NCBI GenBank assembly: GCA_030264375.1
Contig: JASCQW010000027.1
Span: 90,485,161 to 90,549,160, forward strand
Direction of reading: 5' to 3'
Length of the DNA stretch: 64,000 nucleotides
DNA from: Carcharhinus longimanus
Lineage: Eukaryota
A program made the translations under genes and the position numbers. Within the stretch, counting starts at the first letter, position 1. Each line of letters begins with the position of its first letter. The notes under the pieces are model-generated. The model was not told the DNA's origin and did not search any database. It saw nothing but the letters and a program-made list of their open reading frames with translations. This document shows, one piece after another, positions 35,770 through 48,204 of this stretch.

Positions 35770-36860
35770 GGGATTAATACAGTTTCTTGCGCCATAAGTT
35801 TGGCCTTATCGGCAACCTCATAAATAGGGCCTGAGACATTTGCTCACCGTGAAAGCTTGATGCTGAAATACATCCTTCAAGATTATGGCTACCCTGATCA
35901 GATCATTGCTCGCTGTATATCACGCAAACTTATCAGTGGGCCAAAGGCAGTCACTTTCAGCTCTGTAAAGCGCCCCGTCTACCTCCGATTTCCCTGGAAA
36001 GGCTTGGTATCTAAAAGACTTGAGCAACTGGTGAGTCTAGTCATCCCACGCTGCTGCTATGCAGTAGCAACATGAGTGGCGTTCACCACTAATAGGATGC
36101 TGCTGTCCAGCCAAATGGATGTTCTGTCTAGCACACAAATGAGGAATGTGGTGTATGAATTTCAGTGCCAGCGTGATGCTAGGCTTTACATCTCGAAGAC
36201 TGGTGGATCAGATCAAACAGCATGTTCCTTGGACTATTTGTAACAGGCAAGGTACACAACATACCCAACCAGCTCATGTCTGCAAAACTCAAAACATTGG
36301 CTAGGATATTATGGTCCCACCAGGCAGGCCATTTAAATTGCCATTTACATCAGTGGGAACATAATCAGAGGGGACAGAGAATCCTGGCCGTTGTATCCAG
36401 TATTCGATTTGACTCTGCGAATAGGCAACAGTTGCTAAATAATCTGAATGTGTGCTAAGAATTGTGCTGACAACCAATTTAAGATTATCAGTCAGGCTTG
36501 CAGTTTGGGCACTTGCGTGCGCCACCAGCTACATATATTGGTGTGTGAGGCCTTGTCTTTTGCACTCAGAAATAATATGTAAATGCATTACATCTTTTTC
36601 CACTAAACAAATTAGGTGACAGCCTTCCTCTGGTTCATTCCCCAATCAGAATCACCCTGCCTGATTTGAATTTAAGCAAAGCTTGGCAGTTATCAGTCCT
36701 CAGTGAACTGCTGCATTCTCTGTGACAATGCCTCTACTCGAGTCCACTTGCTAACCAATCAAAGCTTTCTTCTCACACAGTATGAATTGTTGTTCGATAT
36801 TCCTGCAAATTGTCCAGATGGGTGCGAGATGAAAACCTTTGACAACCTGTATTTTTCCAC
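35770..36860 (+). mobile_element. Penelope-like element (RT thumb, GIY-YIG, 3' repeat), decayed
   Basis: HKFGLIGNLINRA*DICSP..ILQDYGYPDQII..PVYLRFPWKG..NVVYEFQCQRDAR; ends CCAGATGGGTGCGAGATGAAAACC (hammerhead remnant). Confidence 0.8.
36299..36389. mobile_element. MITE nested in Penelope-like element
   Basis: GGCTAGGATATT...AGAATCCTGGCC TIRs; flanks ATT/GTT. Confidence 0.65.
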
Positions 36861-36869
36861 CAAATTTCA

Positions 36870-37462
36870 TATCATAGAATCCAATAGTGCGGAATGTGGC
36901 CATTCGGCCCATTGAGTCTGCATTGACCACAATCTCACCCAGGCCCTATTCCCATAATCCCATGCATTTATCCTAATTAGTCTCCCTGGCTAAGGGGCAA
37001 TGTAGCATGGCCAATCAATGTAACCCACACATCTTTGGAGTGGACTGAAATCCTGGGCCAGATGGAGCAGACTGAAGTCCTGGGCAGGACAGAGTGGACC
37101 AAAGTCCCAGGCTGGATGGAGCGGACCAAACTCCCAGGCTGGATGGAGCGGACCAAAGTCCCGGGCTGGTTGCAGCTGACCAAAGTCCCACGCCAATCGG
37201 AGCGGACCAAAGTCCCACGCCAATCGGAGCGGACCAAAGTCCCACGCCAATCGGAGCGGATCAAAGTCCCAGGCCAGATGGAGTGACCAAAGTCCCGGAC
37301 CAGATGGAGCAGACCAAAGTCCTGGGAGGAAACCGGAGCACCCAGAGGAAATGCATGCAGACATGAGGAGAATGTGCAAACTGCACATAGACAGTGACCT
37401 AAACCGGGAATTGAATCCAGATCCCTGGAACTGTGAGGCAACAGTTCTAACCACTGTGCTGT
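36870..37462 (-). mobile_element. HE1-type SINE with internal minisatellite
   Basis: Tail 36870-37040, head and V-domain 37323-37462. Confidence 0.9.
37042..37325. repeat. 27-bp minisatellite, ~10 units
   Basis: Unit GGAGCGGACCAAAGTCCCACGCCAATC and variants; 9-aa periodicity in the ORF track. Confidence 0.95.
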
Positions 37463-39794
37463 GTTTTTTCAATAAATTTCATCTAAATATTTTAAATGCC
37501 GAGTTCAGATTTGAGTAAAGAGAACTTGAATTTGGTATCTTTGAACTGAAAGTCTTAACCAATCTCATGGCTTTCAAAGAAAGTAAACAGAAAAAATAAC
37601 TTTTTAATCAAAGTAGATCACAGGCATAAATATAGCTTACTACCACCAATCCTAATCAGTGTCAGAACCCAACAAGAAATGATGGCATGAGCCAGAAACT
37701 GCCTTTAAACTCGTGTTTTGATTGGCTTTGATCTTCCCTTGTCTTTATTTAAAAAAAACTGGTCTAGGAAGAAATGTACAAAAATAAACAAAATTATACC
37801 ATTATTCATTAATTACTGACAAACAAGCTGGAGTACATGTTACGAGAAAAAAGTATCTAATTAGCTTCGTCATCTCTTTGGGATGGAAGAGCGCTATGAC
37901 AGTTATTGAAATAGAATTATAATGGAAAAGGGAACATGACAAGCTAAGAATAATGTTTCAAAGAATGGCAGAAATAATCCTTCAATAAGCTGGGAACTGG
38001 AAAAGTACAGCAGTTAATGCAAACAAGATGGAGTGAATTAGACATATTTTGGCCTTTTGTGCCTGGGACACATGACCTAAAAGCAGACAAAGTGATTTTG
38101 GCTCATTCTCTGTCTTCCCACACTGATATTCTGGCTAAACATTCCATCTCTGTACACTACAACCATGTTAGGACCTGTAAACTTTTTGCTTTTCTATGCA
38201 GTTTACCATTTCTTTGCTTTAAACCACTCAGTTCAAAAAAGATTCAACTTGGGAATTTGCTCCTAACCTTGATTCATTTTCTCCTGAAGATCTCTGATCT
38301 TTTCTTCAGTGAATAAAAGGTAACTGCATAATCCAAAATGGCTGCCTTGAGTGCTATCATAGCCAGGTATCTTGTTGACTGCTATATTAGAAGAGTACAA
38401 TATAGGGGGAAAAGAATGCATTGTGTGGGGGTGAAAAAGCCTCTTTTCTCTCAGTTAGCTTTATGCCTTTATGCTCTTGGCATGCCTCCCAACTATAACC
38501 ACCTTGGCTCCTCTGTTAAAGCCAATTATAGAATCACTACAGTGCAGAAGGAAGCCATTCGGTCCATCAGGCTGCACTGACAACAATCCCACCCAGGCTG
38601 TAGTTCTACTAGAGTTAGAAAGGTCTGTTTGGCCTCTTTAAACTAACTGCCAGCATGTTGTGAGGGCAATAAATATTATTTTGTTTTCCCCTCCTCTCCA
38701 CTTTGAGAAACTGAATGTTGCTGTTCAGCACCCATGGGGAACTCAGCACCTTGTGGCGATCGCATAAGCCTAAATTGTGACTCAATCAGTTACTGCTGCA
38801 ACACAAGATGCCATCACACCGTTTTTAAATATAATTTTCATTTGCACAAGTTTGCAATATGCATTGCCATGCACACGATAAAGTGAATGTAAACATTAGC
38901 CAGCAGAGCCTCAGCCACATCAGGATTAAGATTAAACTTGCGTGAATAAGTATTAAATCGGGTGACAAGCCTTAACGTAAATTGTTATGATTTAGCAGAA
39001 AATGTCCGACAAGGTCTTGTGCTTTGCTGGAACAAAAAAAAAGCTATGTAATGGCCTTTCCACTTTACTGCTTACTGTTACACACATACCAATGACAGAG
39101 CTGTCAACACAGAGGGAAGTCTTGGAGCACCATCAAAAGACTGGTTACATCCCTATTCAAAATGGAGCTGAATTTATTCTTTTAACACTGATAATAGGTT
39201 ACATTGTTCAAACCAAAATGCCTGAGCGTCACTCCTAATGAATGAGGCTTAGCCATCTTAATCGGCTTTTCCTCTGCATCCTCTCAGCCAACAGAGGGCC
39301 TCTTGTGACTTTTATTCATTGTTGTATTTTAAGAAAGACCATTACTCTCTCTCTCTCTCTCCTCAATGTGTTTGCTGCAAATGTTGCAATCATAAGTAAT
39401 TTATGTTCTGCCTGATCCCATAGAAACAGACAAACAGATGGTCGTCCAACACATTGCTTTACTTTTGAGAGTCTTTGTAGTCTATCTGCTCAGATGCTTT
39501 CTTCACAGTCCAATAATTCTGATCTCTAGTTCCCACTAGCTGAGTTCCCTTTGTGCCATCAGGCACTTTGCACTGAGTTTCAACACTTCTTGGTCAAGGC
39601 TTTCTTTTTCACGTCGGTTTGTAGAAGAATGAAATAGATTGAACAAGGAAACCACATAGAACAGAGGGACAACAGGCAAAAATAAGAACTAAATCAACCA
39701 GGCATATGTTTGCAATGATCTCAGGGATTGAATAACATTTGGTGTGGTCAAGTACGTACTATGGGGAATATTTAATATTCCCACCTTTAAGTCT

Positions 39795-40140
39795 CTTTTT
39801 TTAATTCATTTGTGGGACATGAGCATTGCTGGCTGGTCAGCATTTATTGCCATCCCTAGTTGCTCGAGGGCAGCTGAGAGACAACCACATTGCTGTGGCT
39901 CTGGAGTCACGTGTAGGCCAGGCCAAGTAAGGATGGCAGATTTCCTTCCCTAAAGGACATTTTCCTGACGATTGACTATGATTTCATGATCATCAGTAGA
40001 TTCTTAATTCCAGATATTTTTTGTTGAATTCAAATTCCGCCATCTGCTATGGTGGGATTCAAACGCGGCTCCCCAGAACATTAGCTGAGTTTCTGGATTA
40101 ATAGACTAGCGATAATACCACTAGGTCAACGCCTCCCCCA
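39795..40140 (-). mobile_element. Second tRNA SINE family, near full length
   Basis: Reverse complement of the 27981-28320 family. Confidence 0.9.
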
Positions 40141-41059
40141 TGCATCGTTCCCCATCCAACAGGATAGAATGGATCTGGCTTCTAAAATCCATGAATGAAA
40201 AGCAAAAAAAAACAAAATACCCATGATCGAAAGACAAAGGTTGGTTACCCAATCCATTTCTTACAAAGATCATGGTGGTGAAATTGGTGTACACTGGCAG
40301 CACAAAACAACAACCAATTTTTTTCTGCATCATTGACTTGTAAAATATTGCCAAGATTTTTAATTTAAAGCTAGGCAGAAGTGACAAAATGGCTCCAAGA
40401 AGAATTTAAAATATTGTTGTGCGAGCTTCAGTGAAAAGAGGATTGGGCACAATGATTCACTACACGCCCACTGAATGCTGCAAGTATGGACTGATTTCAC
40501 CTTCCATGCACTGAATTGAATCCAAGTAACAGGGGTCTTATCTGTTAGTTGGAGAGCCAATGAGACTCCCATGTTGTCTCCGCCATATTCAGTGTTCATC
40601 AGCTGGTCAGTAGTGGGCCTTCTCTGGAAATCTGGACCTTGACAGTTGCCAGGCGCTGCATTCATTGTCAGCACTACAGGAAGTGGTGACACCTGCTGAC
40701 AACGCACCCAACGGAGTCTTAGGATTGCCAAGGGACATACGTCACAAGTGCATGAGGGTGGGATAGGGTCGGAGAGAGTAGCGTTGGTGGCTGAGGAGTG
40801 GGTTGGTGGCTCTCAGTGAACTCCAACCTCTCAATGCCTTGATCAGTTGTTGAGGGCCTTTGAAGAAGGGGTCTCCAGACCCACAAGCAAAGCTCATAGG
40901 TTTTGCTTTTCAGAACTCCTGCATGATGAGATCCCGCCAACTGCTTGTTGAATTCCAACAGCAGCAGAATAGGCCCTTAAATGACCTTTATTGCTCGCTA
41001 AAGGCCCTCATGTGTCCAACCATACCTGCACACCTCTTCCTTAAATAATCCATTATCAT

Positions 41060-41122
41060 AACATGGTGTTGTGTGACCTCTCGCCTTATCCACCCCAGTC
41101 CAACACCAGCATCTCCACATTA
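41060..41122 (+). mobile_element. Penelope-like family A tail fragment
   Basis: TGGTGTTGTGTGA..ACCCCAGTCCAACACCAGCATCTCCACAT. Confidence 0.65.
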
Positions 41123-41855
41123 TAAATAATCCATAGACATCAAAGGTAATTAAATATTCATCCACCCAACAGCTCCACTGTTTGACATGAGCTTGCTTAT
41201 CACTATGGACAACATTCTCTCCCTTCAGCTAAACCAGCATGTTCCACAGAATATTTTAACTATCACACTCTTAAACGGATAATTTTCCCTGGAGCTACTG
41301 AAATGGCCAAGATGGGATCTTAACTTAAAACAGCAGTTTAGTCATCATTTTGTGAAATGTACTATTTAACTAAAGGAGTTGAAGATCATGCCACCTGATA
41401 ATAGTTAAGGGACTGATTTCCAATTAAGTTGCCAGTTAGCACTTATTAAGGAGTCTGTTTGGCATTTTGGTGGATAGTGTTTCTCCAGACCCCCTCTTCT
41501 AACAGTAATCCTCGCTGTTTGGGAGTGAACAGGTTGCTGCTGAAGATTTTGAGTACTACTTGCAGGTCTTTCACATTTCCCTGTTTGCAGCTGGAAGTTT
41601 GAAGAGATCTTTTGAAAAATATCAGCAGACTGCCTGAGACACTTTGTCAATACTCTATCAACATTCAACCAACATTGATTCTGGAGACTATGAAGATTCA
41701 CCTGCTTTGCTAGGAGTCACTAGGAGAACAGGAGGGCTTGGTCACTGACCCTCTGGAACAAGAATGGGAGAAGGACATGAAGCCAACCAGAGTGACAGCA
41801 GATAGTAAAGGAGAGAGGGAGAGGAAGGCAAGGTGGATCCCTTTCCTCCCTTCAA

Positions 41856-41908
<53 letters not shown>

Positions 41909-42411
41909 NNNNNNNNNNNNNNNNNNNNNNNNNNNNNNNNNNNNNNNNNNNNNNNNNNNNNTTTAATCCCTTCAACGCCCCCCCCCCACCCCACAACCAT
42001 TACCCCCCGCCCCCCACTTCCCTACAGATACAGGATAACCTTCCACTTTCTCATGGGCTCCTCCACCAGTGTTCATCCAAGAACATATGGACCCTCTCAG
42101 ATGCTTTTGACTCATTTTAGAATGGCTGCTGTGTGCCAGCCCCAATCACTCCACACCTTCAGTGGAAATGGGTGAGTGGAGGCCACAAAATTGTGTCTAA
42201 TCTGCACTTGAGTGCTAAAACCTGCAGGTGACTGATTTTAAAACCTTCAGGCAAATCTAATCAGCAACAGGATCAAAATGATGAGCTAAATCTAGACTTT
42301 CAAACCTGTTTACCCCAGCATCCGCAACATTTATTTCATCAAAATAACTCCCTACAACTTTGCTTATAACCTGCAGTTTTCCTCACAAACAGATCCGACT
42401 CCCTTTCTGAG

Positions 42412-42756
42412 TCATAGAAATCATAGAAACCCACAGTGCAGAAGGAGGCCATTGGGCCCATCGAGTCTGCACTGACCACAATCCCACCAGGCCTTCCCCC
42501 ATATCCCTACACATTTACCCACTAATCTCTCTAATCTCTGCATTTCAGGACACTAAAGGGCAACTTTAGCAGAGCCAATCAACCTAACCCGCACATCTTT
42601 GGACTGTGGAAGGAAACTGGAGCACCTGGAAGAAACCCACACAGACACAAGGAGAATGTGCAAACTCCACACAAACAGTGACCCAAGCTGGGAATTGAAC
42701 CCAGGTCCCTGGAGCTGTGAAGCAGCAGTGCTAACCACTGTACTACCATGCCGCCC
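42412..42756 (-). mobile_element. HE1-type SINE
   Basis: Full head, V-domain, tail ending in TTTCTATGA repeats. Confidence 0.92.
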
Positions 42757-42771
42757 AGTCATCGGGATCTT

Positions 42772-42885
42772 GGGTCATCTGGACTCGAAACATCTCCTTA
42801 CAAATGCTGCCTGGCCTGCTGAGATTTTCAAGCATTTTCTCTTTCGGTTTCAGATTTCAGCATCCACAGCAATTTGCTTTTATAC
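42772..42885 (+). mobile_element. Penelope-like family B tail
   Basis: GGGTCATCTGGACTCGAAAC..ATGCTGCCTGGCCTGCTGAGATTTTC. Confidence 0.75.
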
Positions 42886-43049
42886 TTTCTGAAACAGTAA
42901 ACTGATGTTGAGTTAACTGCTATTGCCTATTCACTATTTTGGGGGTAAAAATATTTTCTCAGCGTCTTGGGTCCCCCGGGATTAATAAACTTTGCGTCCA
43001 GGAGTTTCACGTTCATGTTCTAATTCAAACAGCCTGCTTATATCTACAA

Positions 43050-44110
43050 CATAGAACAGCATAGAAGGAGGCAATTCAGCAAACCATCCTTGTGTCGACT
43101 CTTTGCAAGAGCTATCTAATTAGTCCCAATACAGTGCTCTTTTCCCCATAGTCCTGCAAGATTTTTTTCCCAATAAGTATTTATCCAATTCCCATTCGTG
43201 AGTTATTATTGAGTCTGCTCCAACAATCTTTCAGGCAGTACATTTTGGATCATAACATCTTAGTGTGTAATTCTTTTTTACTTACATTGCCTCTGGTTCT
43301 TTTGCCAATTACTTTAAATCTGTGTGGATTTTTTTTCTACCAGTGGAAACACTTTCTCCTTATTCACTGCACCAAAGCCCTTCATCATTTTGAATATTGC
43401 TATCAAATTGCTCCTTAACCTTCTCTGCTCCAACAAAAACAACTTGTGTTTCTCTATCCTCTCATCTGTCATTCCTTGCACCATTCTAGTGATTCTCCTC
43501 TACAGCCTCTATAAGCCCTTGACCTATTCTTCCTAAAGTGTGGTGCCTACTATTGGACACAAACTCCAGCTGGAGCCTAACCAGTGTTTTGTCAAGATTT
43601 AGTATCACTTCTTGCTTTTGTACTCTGTGTCTTCACTTCCTGGCCTTTTGGCTAAGATCAAGTATATTTTGTTGATCCTACACTTGATAGAAGTCAATGA
43701 GGTTACACTCAGGTTTCATTTGAAGCAATTTTTTAAAACCTTTTGGCTAAGATGGAGCTCAGATCAAGCACTGAAGGGGTTTCAATACTTGTTCCTATCA
43801 GCTCGGATCTTGTTGATTGAGCCTAAGAGAGGAAATGGGCAGCCTGTCTTGTCAGCTTGGATCTGTAACGTCTCTCTTGTAGGGACTTTAATTGGATTTT
43901 GATTGGATATAACTGAAAAAACTCTCTGCCTTTGTTGATAACTATCAGGGATACAGCATGCCTTTTTAACGACCTTCTCAACTCATGCCATCACTCTTAA
44001 TGGCTTGTTTGCATATATCCCCAGTCTCTCCGTTCTTCTCAACTCCTTTGGGTGCCCTCGAGGTCTCCTACAAAACAGGTTCAGTTCTGTGTGTTTTTTC
44101 CTCACAATTT
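43050..44110 (-). mobile_element. CR1 3' fragment interrupted by U2-derived element
   Basis: CR1 3'UTR and ORF2 end on reverse strand; continues across 43634-43920. Confidence 0.75.
43634..43920 (+). mobile_element. U2 snRNA-derived retroposon (candidate SINEU-like element or rearranged pseudogene)
   Basis: GGCCTTTTGGCTAAGATCAAGT (43642-43663) equals U2 nt 11-32; further U2-like blocks at 43739-43810 and 43844-43900; A-tail; flanks ACTCTGTGTCTT/ACTCTCTGCCTT. Confidence 0.75.
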
Positions 44111-44486
44111 AAAATCATAACTCTTGCCCAGATTTGTATGAAGTTATATAGACCACGAAGGTACTAATCTGAATTGCTACTCTGTGCTTAGCTAGGTGAT
44201 CTCAACCTGACAAGTGATAGTAAAGCCACGTCTGTATATCTGGATAAAGAGATAACCAGAGTTTTAGATCTATTTTCTATCTCGTGACCCTTGTGGGAAA
44301 GTGCACATGTACGAATATCGGATGAAAATCAGATCAGGCTCACTGTGATGCTCTCCACAGTTGAATAGCCTATTTTTATGCTAGCTTTCACATGAAGAAT
44401 ATACAGTTAGCCTAGTAACAACAGGGCTAGCACCATCCATAGAACCCTTACACAATTCAGCACAGGGGGAAAAATGTGGAAGAAAA

Positions 44487-44800
44487 TCATAGAATCATAC
44501 AGTGCAGAAGGAGGCTATTCAGCTCATCGAGTTTATACCGACAACAATCCCCGCCCAGGCCCTATCCCCGTAACCCCATGCATTTACTCTAGTGAATCCC
44601 CCTGATACTAAGGGGCAATTTAGCATAGCTAATCCACCTGATCTGCACATCTTTGGACTGTGGGAGGAAACCGGAGTAGCCAGAGGGGACCTATGCAGAC
44701 ATGGGGAGAACATGTAAACTCCACACAGACAGTGACCCATTCGGGAACCAAACCCAAGTCCCTGGGTGAGGCAGCAGTGCTAACCAGTGTGTCAGAGTGC
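44487..44800 (-). mobile_element. HE1-type SINE
   Basis: Head, V-domain and tail on reverse strand. Confidence 0.9.
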
Positions 44801-45896
44801 CACTCTTTAATATTTTTCTCTTACTTCTACAGAAGTCACCATTTTGAGTTTTATAATAGGTTAAAGGGACATTATGTTCATGACAATTTGCTTCACAAGG
44901 ATTTTGTCAATCAAGAAGGGAGAAAATAATAAAATGCCCCATGTTTTAATGTGTTACACAACGGCAATACATTTTGATACGGTTTATTTCAAGACTGAAT
45001 TCATAAAAGAACGAAAAATGTTGATGAAATATTCTCTTTCTGAAAACCTTTTTAACCATCGAGGCAAACTGTACAGAATTTAATTGAAGTTTTGACTTAA
45101 ATGTAAGCCAAACTGTGTAGAACAAAAAAAAAGGGGAATTGTACAGCTTTGACTTGCAAAAAAAAAGTTTTAAAAAAAATATCTTTGTGTGCCGCAAATG
45201 CATAAATGCGCAGAAGCTTATTTTCAGCTTTTCCTTAAATGACTACAGATTATTTTCTTCTCATATCTGAACAAACAGACTGCTGGCAGAATCAGCCTTT
45301 AAATGGAGGTTGTCATGGAGTCTCTCACAGCCCCAATCATTCTGGACATTCGCATCACTGGTGAGAAATTAGGTTGATATCAGGCTCTTCCCAGGTGGCT
45401 GGAGGGTCCGGCTGCATGAAATGTGATAGGTTTAATCCCATTTACACTAATTGCAGCTGGGGAGAATGAGGCCCGAATTTCATCAGAAGCTTCACAAACA
45501 TGAAATTGGGAGAATATTGCCTGGCTGCTGTCTTTGTTCAGTGACAATTACAACAGTATAATTTAACCAGGCTACCTAGCTGTGGGTATACAAGGTATGA
45601 AGAAAATTACCATTTCCTGTCAAAAATCTCAAACAAGAAAATTATATTTTTTTTAAGTGTAAGAAATCAAGATAGCTGGCGGCAGAAATTTCGGTATTAT
45701 ATTTCGCTATAAAATTCCATAACGCAATACTTGACATGTTTCTGGTCACTTTTTGATGGAGAATATCTTAATTCTTAAGCCTTGTTTATATTATAATTCT
45801 CTTAAAATAGTGGTACATTTTAACTGATGTTGCTGGTAATAATGGCCTGCAAGGTGGGTTGGAGGTATGCCTGCCAACTCCATGTGGGACAGTAAA

Positions 45897-46145
45897 GATC
45901 ATAGAATCCCTACAGTGCAGAAGGAGGCCATTTGGCCCATTGAGTCTGCAGCAACCACAATCCCAGCCAGGCCCTACTCCCTTAATCCCATGTATTTACC
46001 CTATTAGCCGCCCTGACACTCAGGGTCAATTTAGCATGGCCAGTCAACCTAACCCGCACACCTTTGGACCCACACAGACAGTGACCCGCGATCAGAATTG
46101 AATCCAGGTCCCTGGCGCTGTGCTAACCACTGTGCCACCGTGCCA
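45897..46145 (-). mobile_element. HE1-type SINE with internal deletion
   Basis: Tail and head present, most of V-domain missing. Confidence 0.85.
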
Positions 46146-47145
46146 TATTGGGTCCTGACTTTCATCACAGAGGTTGAAACAGGAGCCAGATTTCCCTGCG
46201 GGTCTTAAAACTGTTTCCACATTTTCATATCTGTTTCCTGACTTTCGGAAAGAGAGCCCACGTCTGAACTCACATTGCAACGTAGTTTCATCTCTCTGAG
46301 GTAGGCTGTGGTAGGTTTGGGTTTTGTGAACCATCATGCAATGTGGGACAAGTGCGGGTGCTACGGCAGCTGTAAAGCTTGCCTAGGTTCTTGGGTACAG
46401 CAGCCCAGCTCCCTACATCTGTCTTTATGCCCCTAAACATTACCCCTCATTCCACCCATCTGTATGTACCTTTCAGGCAGGCTAATATCCGTTATAGTCC
46501 CTCCATATCCCTCATATCTTCATGCCCCTCCATTCTCCTCATACTCTCAATGCTGCGCGTCTCCCACCATATCCCCATGCCTCCTCAATTTACCTCATAT
46601 CTCCATACCCTTCCATGCTCCTCGTACTCGCAATTCTCTCTATGCCCTCTCATGTCCCCATCTTCCCTCTCCATTCCCCTCATCTTTTCATTGCCCCTCC
46701 ATGCATCCTCATTTCTGCATGTTCCCTCCATGCCTCCTTATTTCTGCATGTTCCCTCCAAGACCCTCATGTATCTGCCACAGTCATTCATCCAATACTCA
46801 CTACGGGCATACCTCAGGAGCCATGTCTTTAAAATAGTTATTAAAGAACTTCAATGAAAAGCTTTAATAGAGCTGTCATTCAAACACAATTCACACTGAA
46901 AGAAAAAGCATGAAAAATCAAAAAGCCATTCATCAAAATTTAAATCCCCTCAAATGGTCTATCTGTTGGGAACACAACACAACACTTACACACACTACAT
47001 CAAAGACAGAGTTTTCACCATGGAAATGGAAAGCTTAAGTTGGGGAATTTCCCAACTCAGCAGGCCCGTCTCTAATAAAAGTGCCAAACTAACCATTGTT
47101 TCATTCTGGGGAGGCAGGGTGGGATGGACTCAGGCCCAATGCCCC

Positions 47146-47348
47146 CGGAGGCAGGTCAGAGGTAGCCACGGAGGCAGGTCAGAGGCAGCCACGGAGGCAG
47201 GTCAGAGGCAGCCACGGAGGCAGGTCAGAGGAAGCCACGGAGGCAGGTCAGAGACAGCCACGGAGGCAGGTCAGAGGCAGCCACGGAGGCAGGTCAGAGG
47301 CAGCCACGGAGGCAGGTCAGAGGTAGCCATGGAGGCAGGTCAGAGACA
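47146..47348. repeat. 23-bp minisatellite, >=9 units, runs into gap
   Basis: Unit CGGAGGCAGGTCAGAGGCAGCCA. Confidence 0.95.
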
Positions 47349-48204
47349 NNNNNNNNNNNNNNNNNNNNNNNNNNNNNNNNNNNNNNNNNNNNNNNNNNNN
47401 NNNNNNNNNNNNNNNNNNNNNNNNNNNNNNNNNNNNNNNNNNNNNNNNCACCACATGTGCTACCCTCCAGTCTTCTGGGACCTCACCTGTGTCCATTGAA
47501 GAGACAAAGTCTATTGAAATTGCAGTATCAAGTGGCTACATTTGTTTTGCTAAGCTGTCAATCAATGTACTCCAGTGGCAGGTGTCTCTTCTCTTAACTC
47601 TAAATGAAAGCTGCAGTCTGTTTTGGTTTTACATTTTTAAAGTGCTGGATGTTTAAATTGCTTCAGATTATGACACTTAAACAGATCTAAACTATCATTC
47701 ACAAGCATCAATGCCTCCTTCATAAAATTGTGGTCCCACATTGTGAGTTAAGGAGCTTGGAACAGCAGAAATGGGGCCAGCACTAATTGCAAATGGCCTT
47801 GCTGATTCTGGATTTCCCACCTGTGCAATTCATACCCCATCACTCCCACTTGCTCTGTCAGCAAAAATGGGGATCTGTCAAAAATGGGGACGGGGCCTCC
47901 ACTTTTTTAAAGGTCTCCCTAATCATCATAAATGTGTGGAATTCTGAGAAAAGTAATCCTTTAACACTTTTAAAAACTGTCAATCAAACTATCTACGCAG
48001 CTCCCTGACAAAATAAGTGGTTCTGAGCCTTTTGAAACTCAGTCAAGCATTCATATCACCCACAATTATCAAAACAAACCTTTGCGACTCCAGACAATGA
48101 AACTGAAAGCCATATTGTGTTTTATTTCCGTTTCAAGCAGACTGCCTGTCAAATAATGAAATTGAGCTGGTGATTAGATTTTCAACTTTCACCAGCAGGG
48201 CATT

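Noticed and set aside
41847-41990. Poly-G run and poly-Gly/Pro ORFs
   Set aside because: Adjacent to a gap, with TCCCTTCAACG repeated on both sides; probably a sequencing or assembly artefact
43632-43920. Functional U2 snRNA gene
   Set aside because: Branch-point recognition sequence disrupted, 3' half missing, internally rearranged and embedded in a CR1
46379-46857. Three overlapping Pro/Ser/His-rich ORFs
   Set aside because: Pyrimidine-rich low-complexity sequence lacking stops in all frames
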